From Amoebidium appalachense (lineage: Eukaryota; Protista; Ichthyosporea): 64,000 bases of DNA. The translations under genes were made by a program, and so were the position numbers. Below the pieces are notes generated by a model. That model made no database searches, was not told the DNA's origin, and saw nothing but the letters and a program-made list of their open reading frames with translations. The DNA is taken from the NCBI GenBank assembly GCA_963693365.1, contig CAVNZM010000003.1, positions 11,567,651 through 11,631,650 of the forward strand, given 5' to 3'. Positions 1-13,313 of this stretch are shown one piece after another. Position 1 is the stretch's first letter. Every line of letters begins with the position of its first letter.

Positions 1-206
1 TACTGTCGTTTAAGATGCAAGTACATCAAATAATACCACGCATACTTGTCTGTCACACCGTACTGCTGCACCCAATACCACGCCCAGATTTTGTAATTGT
101 AATTGGCCCAATGCCCGTGCACAGCTGTCGACGTCTGTCATCACTGCGCATATGCCTGCTGCAATCTGTTTGTGAAAATTTCCCTCTATTTTTCTTATAT
201 TTCAGT

Positions 207-319
207 GCTCTCTCTCTCTCTCTTTGCTCTTTCTCTCTTTTCTTATATTTCAGTGCTCTCTCTCTCTCTCTCTCTGTCCCCCCCCCCCCCCCCCTCCCCC
301 CCCCCCCCCCCCCCCTCCC

Positions 320-407
<88 letters not shown>
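207..407. repeat. (CT)n microsatellite with poly-C tract
   Basis: Directly visible; it generates the spurious SLSL/ERER/PPPP ORFs. Confidence 0.95.
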
Positions 408-410
<3 letters not shown>

Positions 411-540
411 CAATCCAAAGATGTCTGCCGATAGCCGCGTGAGTGCACACATGCATCTGTTCAGTACGACGCATGGAATGTTCCAGCTGACATATGCGTG
501 AGAGCTCGAATGACACGCACATGTTGCAGAATGTTCCGGT

Positions 541-602
541 AAGAAGCGAGCGCTTTGATTCGCTGAAACATAAGAAGCGAGCGCTTTGATTCGCTGAAAC
601 AT
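541..602. repeat. 31-bp tandem duplication
   Basis: aagaagcgagcgctttgattcgctgaaacat occurs twice back to back. Confidence 0.9.
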
Positions 603-1356
603 GTTCCAGCCAATCAGACTCAAACTGGGTCGCCGCGTTCTCCGATTGCTATGGATACTGGCACCCGATTGGCTGTACATTCTTTTTCTTTCTCACTCTT
701 GGCATCTCACGTGAGACCCGCTCTCCCCTTCCCCCAAACCCCTATCCCCAATAAGCCCAATCTCCCTGACAGGAAACCTGTCACTGAAGGAGATTGGTAG
801 ATAATGGATAAGCAGAAGCTAGCATTGGTAGCTCCGAGAGAAAGTTAAGATACCGTATCACAATATCATACTGTGCAGCATTAATAAGGTGATCTAACAC
901 GGTCATTTTATAACGGATATACTGGGGGAGCGAAGTAGAAGAGAGAATAAAGCCGCCCATAACCTCCGGTTCTACGACATTAGCTAACCCCCCTGTAATC
1001 AAGTGATTAATCTTCAACGTTAATCACATTTGCGGCCCCTCCACCGACTTACCCAGCAGCCCAAAAATACATGTTAAGTAGGCAAAATGTTGGTTTTGAT
1101 AGTCAAGAAAACGCCTATGTAATTTTATTGGCTGTTTATGTCTATAATATCCATGTTTATTATACACCTTCGAGAAGAGGTGCGAGCGGAAAAGAGATCA
1201 ATCAATCCGAGAAGAAGATTAATCACAGCGGCTGGATCCCGCGGCACATGCATATGATCGGCAGCCGGCCGCGGTTCACGAAGCGCACGTGTTAATTGTG
1301 CGCGCACAGCTTGCAGGCTCCCGGTGTCATGTGTCAGGTACTCTTCTCACTTTCTC

Positions 1357-1394
<38 letters not shown>

Positions 1395-1673
1395 GTGTGT
1401 GTCTGGGTGCTGGTGTGTGCGTACGTGTGTGTGTGTGTGTGAAAAGTAGCGACGGCCCGTGTTGTTTGTTTACAACAGCTAAAAAAGGCTATACGTCACA
1501 CCATAAATGGGTTTTGTTCGTACAACAACCAATGGTATACTGCACTCGAGGGTGTAAAAGCATTGCTTCTTTGTTGAAACGCAGCGTTTTCCCCCCCACA
1601 TCATAATGCAATACAGCACACTAGGATCAATCATTCAAGCCTTGCAGCCTGGCAGCCACTGGCTCCTTGATTA

Positions 1674-2021
1674 ATGATCTTCGATATCCATATTCACCTA
1701 CCGTCACGCTCTCGCTGTGCCGCAATGTCCATATGCAACATACACCCAGCCGCTGGGCTTTCAAACCTATATATGTTTGCTTCGCTCATGGAAAGTTTCA
1801 GCCCCGTCGGACCATTTTTCGGTAACATTCGACAACAGAAATTTATGGACGCCGGCAAAACCGCTGTGGACATGCTTCGCGGGCGGTTGCAGAAACAGAT
1901 GCCCTTTTTCGAGCGGGCGGACGGATCCCCCCGCCATGTGACTGCGTCCCAGGAGGTGGCGGCTTTTTATCGTGCGTGGTTGGATCGGATTGGCGCACCG
2001 CGGGCAGCTGCCGGAAATTAA
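1674..2021 (+). CDS. Putative short ORF1 (or ORF1 C-terminal remnant) of LINE-A, 115 aa
   Basis: Non-repetitive ORF whose TAA abuts the ATG of the APE endonuclease ORF (TAAATG at 2019-2024). No recognisable domain. Confidence 0.4.
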   Translation: MIFDIHIHLPSRSRCAAMSICNIHPAAGLSNLYMFASLMESFSPVGPFFGNIRQQKFMDAGKTAVDMLRGRLQKQMPFFERADGSPRHVTASQEVAAFYRAWLDRIGAPRAAAGN

Positions 2022-2372
2022 ATGGCTCAACAATCTCAACCTCTTTCTTTTTTGTTTTGGAATGTTCATGGTTTACAATCCCCGCAATTGCAATACATTT
2101 TCGACTCTGTTCGTGCCTATTCTTTTGTTGTTCTTGCCGAGACATGGTTCTATAATCATCATCAGTTGGAGCAATCCGGATTTTTGATTGGGTCTTCGTC
2201 ATCGACTGGTTTCTCCCGAGGCGGCATCGCGGTTTTAGCCAATCCTAGCATTCGTTCGGATTGCAGGGTCATTGCGGCGCATGAGTATTTCGTCACCATT
2301 CAGTTTCGTGCGTGGACTTTGTCTTTCGTGTACTTTCCTCCGTCGTTAGGTACTGACACTTTGTCAGCCGTG

Positions 2373-5300
2373 TGTAAACAACTGTACACATGAACTGTAC
2401 ATGTTTACTAAAGAATGTGATCTACTAGCACACGATTCGTGCTTTGTCATGAATATCACATAAATATTATGTCCGCACCAATAGGACTCACTCTGACCTA
2501 AGAATTGAACCATATATGGTTCTTCAGCTGCATACCACATAAACGAAGTGAACCAATAAGAGGTTTGCATAAATAGGACAAAGGTCTGACTGGCTCGGAC
2601 CGCACCAGAATCACGAATGGCATGTTGCCACCCGCGCTGGCCGCGGATGAAGCAATCCTGGGCCTTGATCCGAAACCTGGGGGCTATATAACAAAGCCGT
2701 CCCAGTACGGGGATCACATCAGTGAAGTCTGAGACAGACTGAGTCGGCCCATAGTAAAAGCAACTTGGCCGCGTGTGCCTTTCTACCCGTTCTCTGTCTT
2801 TATTCTGACTCAGTTGTTCTCTGCCTTATCCCAACTAGTCCAACTGTTTACATTGGCGACCGCGGCAGGACACTGTTATACATTGCCAACTGTTTACATT
2901 GGCGACCGCGCAGTTCAAGAATCTCGCATCCTTCGAATCTCACATCTTTCAATCAGTTCAAGAATCTCACATCTTTCAATCAGCTCAAGAATCTCCCATG
3001 GCCGATCACAATCCTTTTTACCCCGATGATAGGCACATCTTTCCTTGTCCGGCTTAGAATATATACACCTACAAGTTTGAAGTGGCCAGCCCACCTACAC
3101 GGAAAGAATTGAAAGCATGTAAAACTTCTTTTGCTACGACACATCAAAAATGTGAAGAAAAACGAATACACAACGAAACAACGAATACACGAACAAACGA
3201 ATAAAGAATTGCTAACGAAGCAATGAACCAACGAAAAACGAACCATCACGAATACGCAATGAAATAAAGAATTAACGACAAACGATTGCATAGAGGAAAT
3301 ACGAAATGAATGCAACACGAAAACAAAACGAAGTAACGAAGTTATCAAACGACAAAAAACGAAAAACGAAAGCAAAATGAACTGGAAATACGAAAATGAA
3401 AGGACGAATGCACAACACTGCTTGGGTTGCAATGCACACAGCCCCCTCTATGTTAGGAAGAAAATAAAACCGTTGCCCTTGCGTGCATTGCCCTATTGCA
3501 CACTGCCATCGTGTCCATGCCACCGCATGCACGTCCACACTCGCAAGCCAGATGCACGGCCACTTTCAGCACAAATGCACTTAACGAAGAAGATAGTCGC
3601 TGTTGCTATAGCATGTAGGACCTAAGATCTTATGAAAGTAGTGTTGCATGCATGCTTCGAATCCCTTGCTGTTCTCGAATACAGCATGCCCCATAGTTTA
3701 GCGCCCAGGATGCACAACATGCGCATGAATGTATGCTGGCATGCCTAAACACATTACGAACATATGCCTGACTCATGTATGGCGGCCCTTCCTGGTGCCA
3801 CGCCCTAACGAATTTGCACTCTTGGTGCACAAAAGGCATGTACTACATAAAGTCGATGCAGAACTTTTGTTCATGCATGTGAAAAACAAAGAAGGTGTTG
3901 GGTACGAATTTTAAGGTGAATGCCCGTCTGTGGCAATACGGTGTAACATACCAATTACACTGTCAAGCCTTGCACTAGCTGCCGGCACACCCCCACCAGA
4001 ACAAAAGAATGTGGTATGGGCACCGCTCCCTCACAACCCCATCATACAGTGTCAGTATTTTGGCTGGAAGCCTTTCAGTTTCGAATTACGAATACCCTCC
4101 TTCACTACTGAAGAAAGTGACGTGGAAGACAAATACGAATACGAATGCAAGGTGTTGTTGACTAACACATCGGACCATCATGTGTACCTACTAGGCCCTG
4201 GTACGGAGGTGACCATGTTATTCCCTTGCAATATGATGACACTGTAACAATTTAGCACGTGCATACCCCACCAATGGGCACATGCGGGAGACAACCCCAC
4301 AAGCTGCCTTATTGGGCACCTCTGCTAAAACGAATATTCTTCTCACGAAGGAACAGAAGAATGCCACGAACACGAACCACACACTCACCAGGCAGCTACT
4401 TACATCTAATGTATGTAAGAAGTAGGGTGTGTGAACGGGGTAACTTCATGAACACCAACACGAAAGAAAGCACAGCACAAAGCAGTTCCACGAATACGAA
4501 TGGTTTTGGTATTCCACACAACGAACAGAACTACAGTAGGGCCACCTACAAATGAAGCAGAGGATGGGGCACCATCCAGACCTGCACTGGAGGATATGAA
4601 AACACGAAGCGCGCTCACGAAGTTGCTTACAAAAGAAAGGGCGACTGCGACGACTTTTCTTTTTAGGCCAAGCCTCCAGAAGAATGTATTATGCCTGGAA
4701 TCCCCCTGCTCAACGAAAATGGCTGGCAAATGGGATACGAAAACTGCTCACGAATGGAAGCATGTGTTTTCTGAAGGAGGCTTGCTTTGCCTACCCTCTT
4801 CTTATGAATTATGAACCGGGCTTTTACTGGTTCTGACGGGTGATATATTTCTTTATGTCGCCCAACGAAGAACACTTGGGCATTTTTATTCTGTTTTTCC
4901 CAGCTCCGATGATGCAGGGTTAAAGCTGAAAGGAAAGAAGTGCTCTTTGTTCATGAAAGAAGTGGCTTTTCCGGCCATGGTGACTCGCCTTACAGTCTTA
5001 AGGTAGAACCGGGATAAGGAGCAGCGGCTAAGCCTTGAAGCTATCCACCACTACCTGAGCTACGAAGTGACCTAAGGCTCGAGTTATATTCATTATCGAA
5101 TGTTTGGTATGATCATTCATCCACACAACCAAATTACTCGCAATTGAAAACGAATCTGCGGGAGTATCCTAAAAAGGAAAAATTCCCAAAAAGGAAAATA
5201 CTACTTCTACAGAAAAGCCAAGCACAGAGACGAAGGCTTAGCGAATTATTCGCACGCACACTCTGCAACAATCTTCGCCACGAAAATGAAATCACAGAAG

Positions 5301-5973
5301 AATGCTGCATGAATTTACGTTTTGGCAAATGAAGAAGTGCTCATAGACGTGCACAACTCTATTCCACCGTCCTTGCTCTGTTCTGTCCAGCAGCTCGGCA
5401 CACACAAGAATTCTCGCTGAAGGTTGTTTATCGCCTCTCAGCCTGGTGGTTTGCTTGTCTAACGACACCACCAGGCTCCCGACAAGGGGGGAGTGTAAAC
5501 AACTGTACACATGAACTGTACATGTTTACTAAAGAATGTGATCTACTAGCACACGATTCGTGCTTTGTCATGAATATCACATAAATATTATGTCCGCACC
5601 AATAGGACTCACTCTGACCTAAGAATTGAACCATATATGGTTCTTCAGCTGCATACCACATAAACGAAGTGAACCAATAAGAGGTTTGCATAAATAGGAC
5701 AAAGGTCTGACTGGCTCGGACCGCACCAGAATCACGAATGGCATGTTGCCACCCGCGCTGGCCGCGGATGAAGCAATCCTGGGCCTTGATCCGAAACCTG
5801 GGGGCTATGTAACAAAGCCGTCCCAGTACGGGGATCACATCAGTGAAGTCTGAGACAGACTGAGTCGGCCCATAGTAAAAGCAACTTGGCCGCGTGTGCC
5901 TTTCTACCCGTTCTCTGTCTTTATTCTGATTCAGTTGTTCTCTGCCTTATCCCAACTAGTCCAACTGTTTACA
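2373..5973 (+). mobile_element. Non-autonomous, degenerate Ty3/Gypsy-derived LTR retrotransposon
   Basis: 480-bp LTRs at 2373-2852 and 5494-5973 (TGTAAACA...TGTTTACA), 5-bp TSD CCGTG (2368-2372, 5974-5978), PBS 2854-2871, PPT aaggggggag 5484-5493. RT remnant DAGLKLKGKKCSLFMKEVAF near 4911-4970. Confidence 0.95.
2854..2871 (+). promoter_or_regulatory. Primer-binding site, probably tRNA-Arg
   Basis: TGGCGACCGCGGCAGGAC 1 nt after the LTR. Its reverse complement GTCCTGCCGCGGTCG-CCA matches the 3' end of eukaryotic tRNA-Arg(UCG) as I recall it; not searched. Confidence 0.75.
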
Positions 5974-7293
5974 CCGTGGTTAACCAAATTCCCGTTTCTC
6001 AAGTTTTTGTTGGTGACTTCAATTGTTCAGTGGTTCCGTGTCATAGGGAACATACCCCGTCCCCAGCACAGTTTCGTCCTTTTTCTGACCGTGCTCGTGT
6101 CCTCGCCAACCTTCTTCGAAAGCACCTTGTCCGTCTTCCTCGCGTTTTCGCTACCCACGCGACTGACTGGGGTGCCTCGTTTTGGGACTCCACCCTTCGA
6201 GTAATTTCCCCACCCGATTCCTTACGGCGTAGTTCGGACCATTCCCCTGTAGAATTTTCGGTTTCCTTCCCTGTTCACTTCGGCGGGGCTACTCAGACTA
6301 ACCGCCGCCTCTTATCTCGCGGTTTCAAGCACAAGTTAAACCAGTTTCTCGCTGTCAAGGAGTATGAGTCGGTTCATGGCTTCTTTCTTGCCGCAGTGCG
6401 CGACGCCCGTGCGCAGCGGAACCCGGCTATTTTGGAGGTTTGTTATAATGAGTTTGTTGAGTTCCTATTTGCCCTTGGCGAGCAGGTGGTGGGCACGGTT
6501 GAGTACCCTTCCGTTCGGTTGAGACAGTCTCACGTTTTGCAGTCTCTACGACAGTTGTTGCCTCTACAGGAAGCATTATCGGTCTGGAAATCCGCCGGTC
6601 GGTTTGGGCCTTCCGTGCAAGTCTATGCCCCGTCTCCTTCCATCTCCGTTGCTGAATCCGTCGATGACTATTATGCTTCCCTATTTTCGCTTCCTAACGT
6701 GTCCACGGTTCCATCACAGCCCGCTGGCCTCTCCCAGCCGCCAAGTTGGGAGCCGGACCGATCGTTCCCGGGCACTTTTCATAGTTATTTCAACTCTTCG
6801 GCTGTTTTTGGTGCTATACGGGCGTTAAAACCCCGCAAGGCGTGCGGGTAGGGTGCTCTTCCTCCCGTGCTTTTCAAGGTTCTTTCTCCCGTGCTTCCGC
6901 CCCCTAATCGTGCAGAGTCCCCCCCCGCCCCCGCCTTTTGCTGTCCTTCTTAGTGAGTTTTTTTCGGCTTTTTTCGAACTCGGGTTTGTTCCAAATTCGT
7001 GGCTTGACACAATCGTTACGCCCGTTCGTAAGAAGGTATCGCAGGGGGTCATTAACGACTTTCGTCCCGTCACACTTACCAATGTTTTTCGTCGGCTCTT
7101 CGAGGGTTGCATGCTTCGCGCGTTTAACACCGACGATTGAATTTCTTTAAACGCCGTGTTCCGTCTTTCTTCCCTTCAAGGGGGCTTTCGTCATGCCTAT
7201 TCGTGTTATACTCACAGTCTTTTACTCCATGAATCCATTACTTCTGGCTCTCCACACGTTGTCTTCATCGACCTTAAGAACGCCTACGACATC

Positions 7294-8011
7294 TGTCGTA
7301 TCCTATTGTATATGTACTAGAGACGCGGCACTCTACTAAGTGTACACACACGAAAAGGAACGAACGTGTACGGAAAAACGGTAAAGTTTATTCAGACCAG
7401 GCTCCGACGGGCAAAACTTAGATCCGTACGGAATGAGGCTAAGTCACAACTGAGGCCATCAAGGCCGTGCCCTCAAAGATCATCATCACCTGGCCCCCCT
7501 ACGATGCCACATTCCAAACATTCCGATCTACTTTATCGTGCGCCTGCACGAGCTAAGTCGATCTACTCAAACTAATATATTTATCCATGTCTCACCCCTC
7601 ACCCTCCCCCTAGTGGCACCGCAGAGTCTAAATCTACCTTTCATACTATCCTCCCCCCCCCTCCCTCCCCCCTTTCCTCTACATCGAAATATATAAATAC
7701 GTTTGGCAACATACACTATCAAACCTTGCCAATACTTACAAAAGGGCTTCTGCCCGAACAATCACATTCCTAAGTCCTCCTACGATCTATCCTACACACT
7801 GATTAGAATTCTATTGGTCGGCTGCCCCAGCTGACGTGGTCCTGCCCTGCGCCGGCAGAGGCAAGATGCACGCAACTGTACAGCTATCTTGAGGCCCCGG
7901 ACTTGATCTTGATGATCTGTGGGCCCGGGCCACCCCCCCCCCCCCCCCCCCCCCGCCCCGATCTCGATCGTAGACTTAGGCTGATCTGCTGAGACGGATT
8001 AGTATATGTCA
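7294..8011 (-). mobile_element. Solo LTR (family X) inserted in the LINE-A RT domain
   Basis: TG...CA termini, near-perfect 5-bp TSD ACATC/ACACC, inverted near-copy of 10835-11588. Orientation inferred from TATA/AATAAA placement. Confidence 0.88.
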
Positions 8012-9632
8012 ACACCGTACCCACTGGTTTGTTATGGCATAAGCTGGCTATGCGGGGCTTACCAGCCCCCTTTGGCCGTCTTCTGCAAGCGTTGTTCGAT
8101 ACCACTCGCGGACGAGCGGCGGTCAATGGAACATTAACACCCGGTTTTTCCCGTTCCCGGGGTCTTCTGCAGGGGTCCCTCCTGAGTCCGTTGTTGTTTG
8201 ACGTTTTCATTGACAATTTAGCCTGCGCCCTCGAACCCACCTTTGGCCAACTGCATACCCGCCGTGTACCGGGTCTCCTTTTTGCGGACGATATTGTTCT
8301 TTGTTCCTTAACCGAAGATGTCATGCACCAGATGCTTCGTCAGGTGGATCAATGGTGCACCGAGAATCTCATGACAGTCGGAATTGCAAAGTGTGCTACT
8401 TTTTCGAAGAACACTTCCTTTCGATTGGCCGGCCTTCCTATTCCTGTTCAGAGCACCTATGACTATTTGGGTATTCCTTTTACTGCACGGGGTATTGATT
8501 TCCGCAAGCTCCTCACGGCACGGATCGCTCGTGCGAAGGGTAAGCTTCACATCGTGTCAAATATGTTTCAACAGGAGTCTGTGATCCATCCTGCGAACCT
8601 TCTTCTCTACTATAAAACTTTTTTACGGCCGACTTTCGAATATGGACTTCCGCTATTGGCCTGCGCCCCAACTCGCGAGGCGGCAATGGCGCTGAACGAG
8701 TTCGACGATTTTCAGGGTACTGCGCTACGCACTTTGTTTCGTACTCGGTTTGTGCCTCCCTTAATCAGTATGTTTGGATTGTCGTCTGCTGTTTGTCGTA
8801 TGGAGGAATTGTCTCTTCGTTTTTGTTTTCATTTAGTTAGGCTACCTGATGGTCACCCTCTTTATGCTTTCTTTCCCCCCCTCCCTCCATCCCTCTTCAA
8901 CCCCCCGATTCACCAACACTACTTCTGAATGTCCACAGCCTACCCTCTTTCCACCTGATTCTTCCTCTCGCTATCTCACTCCCTCTTTCTTTTCTCTTCC
9001 TGTTTTCTCTGCCTTTAAATTTCGCGTTATTACCATACGCAGTATAAGTTTCTTTCTCGTTCTGATAGAGAAATCAAAGGTAAAACTCAGTCGGCATGTG
9101 TTATGTTCCTTAGGCAACACCGTACTGATCATTATCGCTTTTTGGGAGCTTTGGCAGGATACATTTCTCCTGCTGTACGTATGGATACCACCCTAGTAGA
9201 TAAGTCTGTATGGTGCTCTGATGTTGATATTGCCTGGGAAGTTGTGCAGTGGCGCTGTAATTCTTGTTTTCATCGCCGCTGGTGCCACTTTTGTGCTGAC
9301 AACTCGTGAAGTTTTTAGTGTCTTCTCCGTATGTCGTGCATACTTGCATATCTTTGCGTTGAATAAATCCAGTCAAAAGAAAAAAAGACCATTTTTACGG
9401 GAAAATACACTGTTTTTTGAGGGGGAGTTAAGATTAATGTTGAAGATTAATCACTCTAGTAATTGACCGATTTTCCAGAATTCCCGGGATACAAGTTTGA
9501 TTAATCTAAAACATGGGGGCTAACAGGTCACACTTATTGATAGATATGCATCCTGAAAACCAGGGTGTGTATACACATGGTATACACTAATACTATGTCC
9601 TAGTTAACGTATGCAGGCTAGGAGAAGCACGT

Positions 9633-10707
9633 AGGGGGCCCCCCGGCAGATTCGGCCTTCTTCCACAACCGGGCCGTTTGGTTGGCTGGCGCGGGGCCGG
9701 GGTTACGTAAGGCGGTGGGGTCGGGGGGGGGCCAGACCACGATATAGAGGTTTGGGGGAAGGCTTGCGCAGGGCCTTACGTAAGCTTACGTAGGGCGGTC
9801 AGGCGACGGCGGGCGCTAGGTAGAGCACGATACGGAGGACGTGGGTCTGGGGAGATTTATGTGGCGAATCGGGTTGCACGGTTGTGAAAGTTGCGCTAAT
9901 GACTTCGTTAGCAGGGAACCAATCAGATTCTTTGCGTAGTGCGTGTTGCAGAAGTGGCCTCGTGAGCCGTGACAGTGAACCAATCGGAGGGCCCGGTTGT
10001 GAAAGTCAGCTAATGAGCGTTAATTACACCTGTAGCTTGCACAACCGGGCGATACCATTGGGTAGGCCTTTTGAATGAAACGGTTGGGTAGGAATCACGG
10101 TATTTGTCTTAGCGGCTAGTGGAGAGGTATAAAAAAGGTGAACACGATATTGTCGATCACTTTGTGACGCAGCGCGGTGTAGAGCAGAGTGCTCAGAAGA
10201 AAGCTGTCTGGAGCGAGCTTTTTTTTCTTTTTTTGAAGTAGTGCATAACAGTCAAACTCGAGTGTGGATATCTTTGAACACGAGTAGGAGGGTTCCTCTT
10301 TGTCGAAGTATTGTTTGTTGTTTTTTTGACAAATATTATGTTAAGATAGTCGCAGAAGTTCTTTCTTTTTACAACTTTTTTATTGACTGCGGCTGAGCTG
10401 TCAATGTTAGGCACCTCATAGAATTATGGTCGGATCATTTTTCGAAGCTTCGTGAACATGAATTATTGGCGGCAACTGATCTGAGTGCGAGCTGATGGCG
10501 CATCAAGCTGAGATTGGTCAGGGCCGGAATCGGATCCCTGACAGGTGCATTGTGGGTCGAAAGACGTAGGGCTACCTTTCGTAAAAACGGTTTTTTGCAG
10601 TTTCCTTATATGGCTAATCTGATCGAACCGGATTCGATCTGGACCAATCATAAATACCCCTTGGCAGAGTTTTCTCGTTACGACACGTAGGGCTACCTTT
10701 CCGTAAG
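9633..10707. repeat. Left long terminal inverted repeat
   Basis: Reverse complement of 21645-22714; gives mirror ORFs (MPNIDSSAA..., MIGPDRIRF...) on opposite strands. Confidence 0.93.
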
Positions 10708-10834
10708 TATAGAGACAAGAAAGCGGGTGCTACAGCTAGTCTGACATCGCACGACTAGTGTAACGTTTACGTCCCTTGGTTTCCGCCGGTCTGGAGAGCA
10801 CTGCTCGCATACTTTTGTAAGGCGACAACCAGTA

Positions 10835-11588
10835 TGACATATACTAATCCGTCTCAGCAGATCAGCCTAAGTCTACGATCGAGATCGGGGGGGGGGGGGG
10901 GGGGGGGGGGCCGGGGGGGGGGGGGGGGGGGGGGGGGTGGCCCGGGTCCACAGATCATCAAGATCAAGTCCGGGGCCTCAAGATAGCTGTACAGCTGCGT
11001 GCATCTTGCCTCTGCCGGCGCAGGGCAGGACCACGTCAGCTGGAGCAGCCGACCAATAGAATTCTAATTAGTGTGTAGGATAGATCGTAGGAGGACTTAG
11101 GAATGTGATATGTTCGGGCAGAAGCCCTTTTGTAAATATTGGCAAGTTTTGATAGTGTATGTTGCCAAACGTATTTATATATTTCGATGTAGAGGAAAGG
11201 GGGGAGGGAGGGGGGGGGGAGGATAGTATGAAAGGTAGATTTAGACTCTGCGGTGCCACTAGGGGGAGGGTGAGGGGTGAGACATAGATAAATATATTAG
11301 TTTGAGTAGATCCACTTAGCTCGTGCAGGCGCACGATAAAGTAGATCGGAATGTTTGGAATGTGGCATCGTAGGGGGGCCAGGTGATGATGATCTTGTAG
11401 GGCACGGCCGTCCTTGAGGGCCTCAGTTGTGACTTAGCCTCATTCCGTACGGATCTAAGTTTTGCCCGTCGGAGCCTGGTCTGAATAAACTTTACCGTGA
11501 CCGTTTTCAGTTACACGTTCGTTCCTTTCAGTGTGTGTACAGTTAGTAGAGTGCCGCGTCTCTAATACATACACGTTAGGATACGACA
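10835..11588 (+). mobile_element. Solo LTR (family X) inserted in the Gypsy 3' LTR
   Basis: TGACATAT...ATACGACA, perfect 5-bp TSD CAGTA (10830-10834, 11589-11593); same family as 7294-8011. Confidence 0.9.
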
Positions 11589-12393
11589 CAGTAGGCATGT
11601 GGCCCTACTTATAATAAAGTACACTGTGTGACATATCCATGAGTACATGAGCTTCTCCTGGATCATAATATAGCTTCACGTTATACTACAGTGCTACCGT
11701 GTATGTACACTAGTGCCCAATAAAGTGTCTACGAATCGTGTGCCGTACACCTAAGATACATGCTGGCAAAGTGTTCACGTTCTTTGCATCGCTCCTAACT
11801 GCATACTTAAGGTGCAGAGCAACCGCCCTAATAAGGAATACAGCTAAAAGTGATGCAGCCAAATCGATTAGTAGCTGCTGCTTCCGAGGCTCTATTCCAG
11901 CCTCTGGCGAGAAGACACAAAGGCACGTAGACTGGTTGTGGGGGAAGAGCACGGTGTGCACGTGAATGTACACAACCATGTCTACACCCCCCCCTCCCTA
12001 GGGGCAACGAAGGGCAACTGCCCGAGTGCCCACATGCCCTACCCTTAAGGGGGATCAACGGTTACCTTTACGTCTGCGTTTGCGCACATGCTGTTGGGTG
12101 CCCTTGCGCTGATTTTTGATTGGCTCTTCACTGGGGGGCCGAATCACTTGCTGCAAATAATCAGCTAAGGCACCCGAGGCCGACTCAGACAAGTTTGCAT
12201 GTGACTCCCACGAATCATCGGTGGCCTTGAACCCCTTCCAGCGAACTTTGTAGAGGGCGCGACCATTTTCCCATTTATGGTCAATAATCTTAGCCAATTC
12301 CACGGTCACAGCGTCATATGCCACACAGGACTCAGGTAGTGGGGTAGGGGGTCCATCCGTGCGGGGTACATAGGGTTTAAAGAGATGAGCGTG

Positions 12394-13313
12394 TGTTGTA
12401 GTACATAGTAAACATCTACATTAGGTAAGATCTTTTCAGTTTGTATTATGTTTTAGTTCATGTACTTAGTGTAAAAGCTACACTCCTTGTACGAAAAGTG
12501 TGACATCAATCTCCGACATGCTTGTATACTTGTAATCGTGTTGTATCGGCTTTAATCGTGTATTGCAATATCGATTAGAATATTATTATATGTGTACACG
12601 GATCCACCCACTCAGGGAGAGACGTGTACATGTTCGTGTGTACATAAATATCTTTAGTTATAGTTATACTATTGCTATCTTGTTTGTTGATCTATGCTCT
12701 CTTCTCCTTTCTCTTTCTCCTTCTTTATTTTCTTTTCTTTCTCGCCTTGTTTTCATGTGTATAATCGTATTTCTTTTCTACTAATATGTGTTAGGTAGAT
12801 TTGTGTTACTTAATATGTGTTGATTGGACGGTAACACACTTCAGTTAGCCTAAGGCTACACTTGGGTTGACATGTGTGATCAGACTTCATTAATTTACTT
12901 TAGTTTTCATGTGTTGCCGTGCTTTAATCAATCATCAAGATTAAGTGTGGTGTGTCTGAGTCTTTGCAGTGTGTCATAGGTTAGAACTTTCCCTCCGAAC
13001 TTCCTCGATAATGACATGAGTTGATCTTCGCTAGTGTCTATGCCCTATCATCTTAGTGATTGGTTTCTTTTAGAGACAGATCTGATTTCCGACTGGTCGG
13101 AAATCACGGATAGATTTGACTTAAGGGAATTTCGAGTATATATACGAGATCACAATAAATTTAGTTTAGTCATGTCCAAACATCATTGTGTACACTGCTC
13201 CGATCGTTCCTGTTTCCCTTGTTCCTTGTTCCCGTGTGTTTGTGGTGTTTTTACACTGCACCACTGTGTCTCTGCTTCCCTGTCCTTGCCCGGACACTTA
13301 TATATTTTTTTCA
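12394..13313. mobile_element. Solo LTR (family Y, 920 bp) inserted between integrase and chromodomain
   Basis: TGTT...TTCA termini and TSD GCGTG (12389-12393, 13314-13318). Removing it restores the frame ERSHAHLFKPYV. Confidence 0.85.

Larger units (their letters stand above)
2022..9388 (+). mobile_element. LINE-A: APE-endonuclease/reverse-transcriptase non-LTR retrotransposon, disrupted
   Basis: APE motifs FWNVHGL, LAETW, VGDFN, SDHSP. RT motifs FRPVTLTNVFRRLFE, FIDLKNAYD-TVP, QGSLLSPLLF, LFADD, YLG. C-terminal QWR..CHFC. The frame rejoins across insertions at 2373-5973 and 7294-8011; frameshift near 6852 and stops at 7140 and 8928. 3' end approximate. Confidence 0.93.

Noticed and set aside
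2915-2996. Short direct repeats resembling a CRISPR array
   Set aside because: Tandem units without unique spacers, inside an LTR element, in a eukaryotic context with no cas genes.
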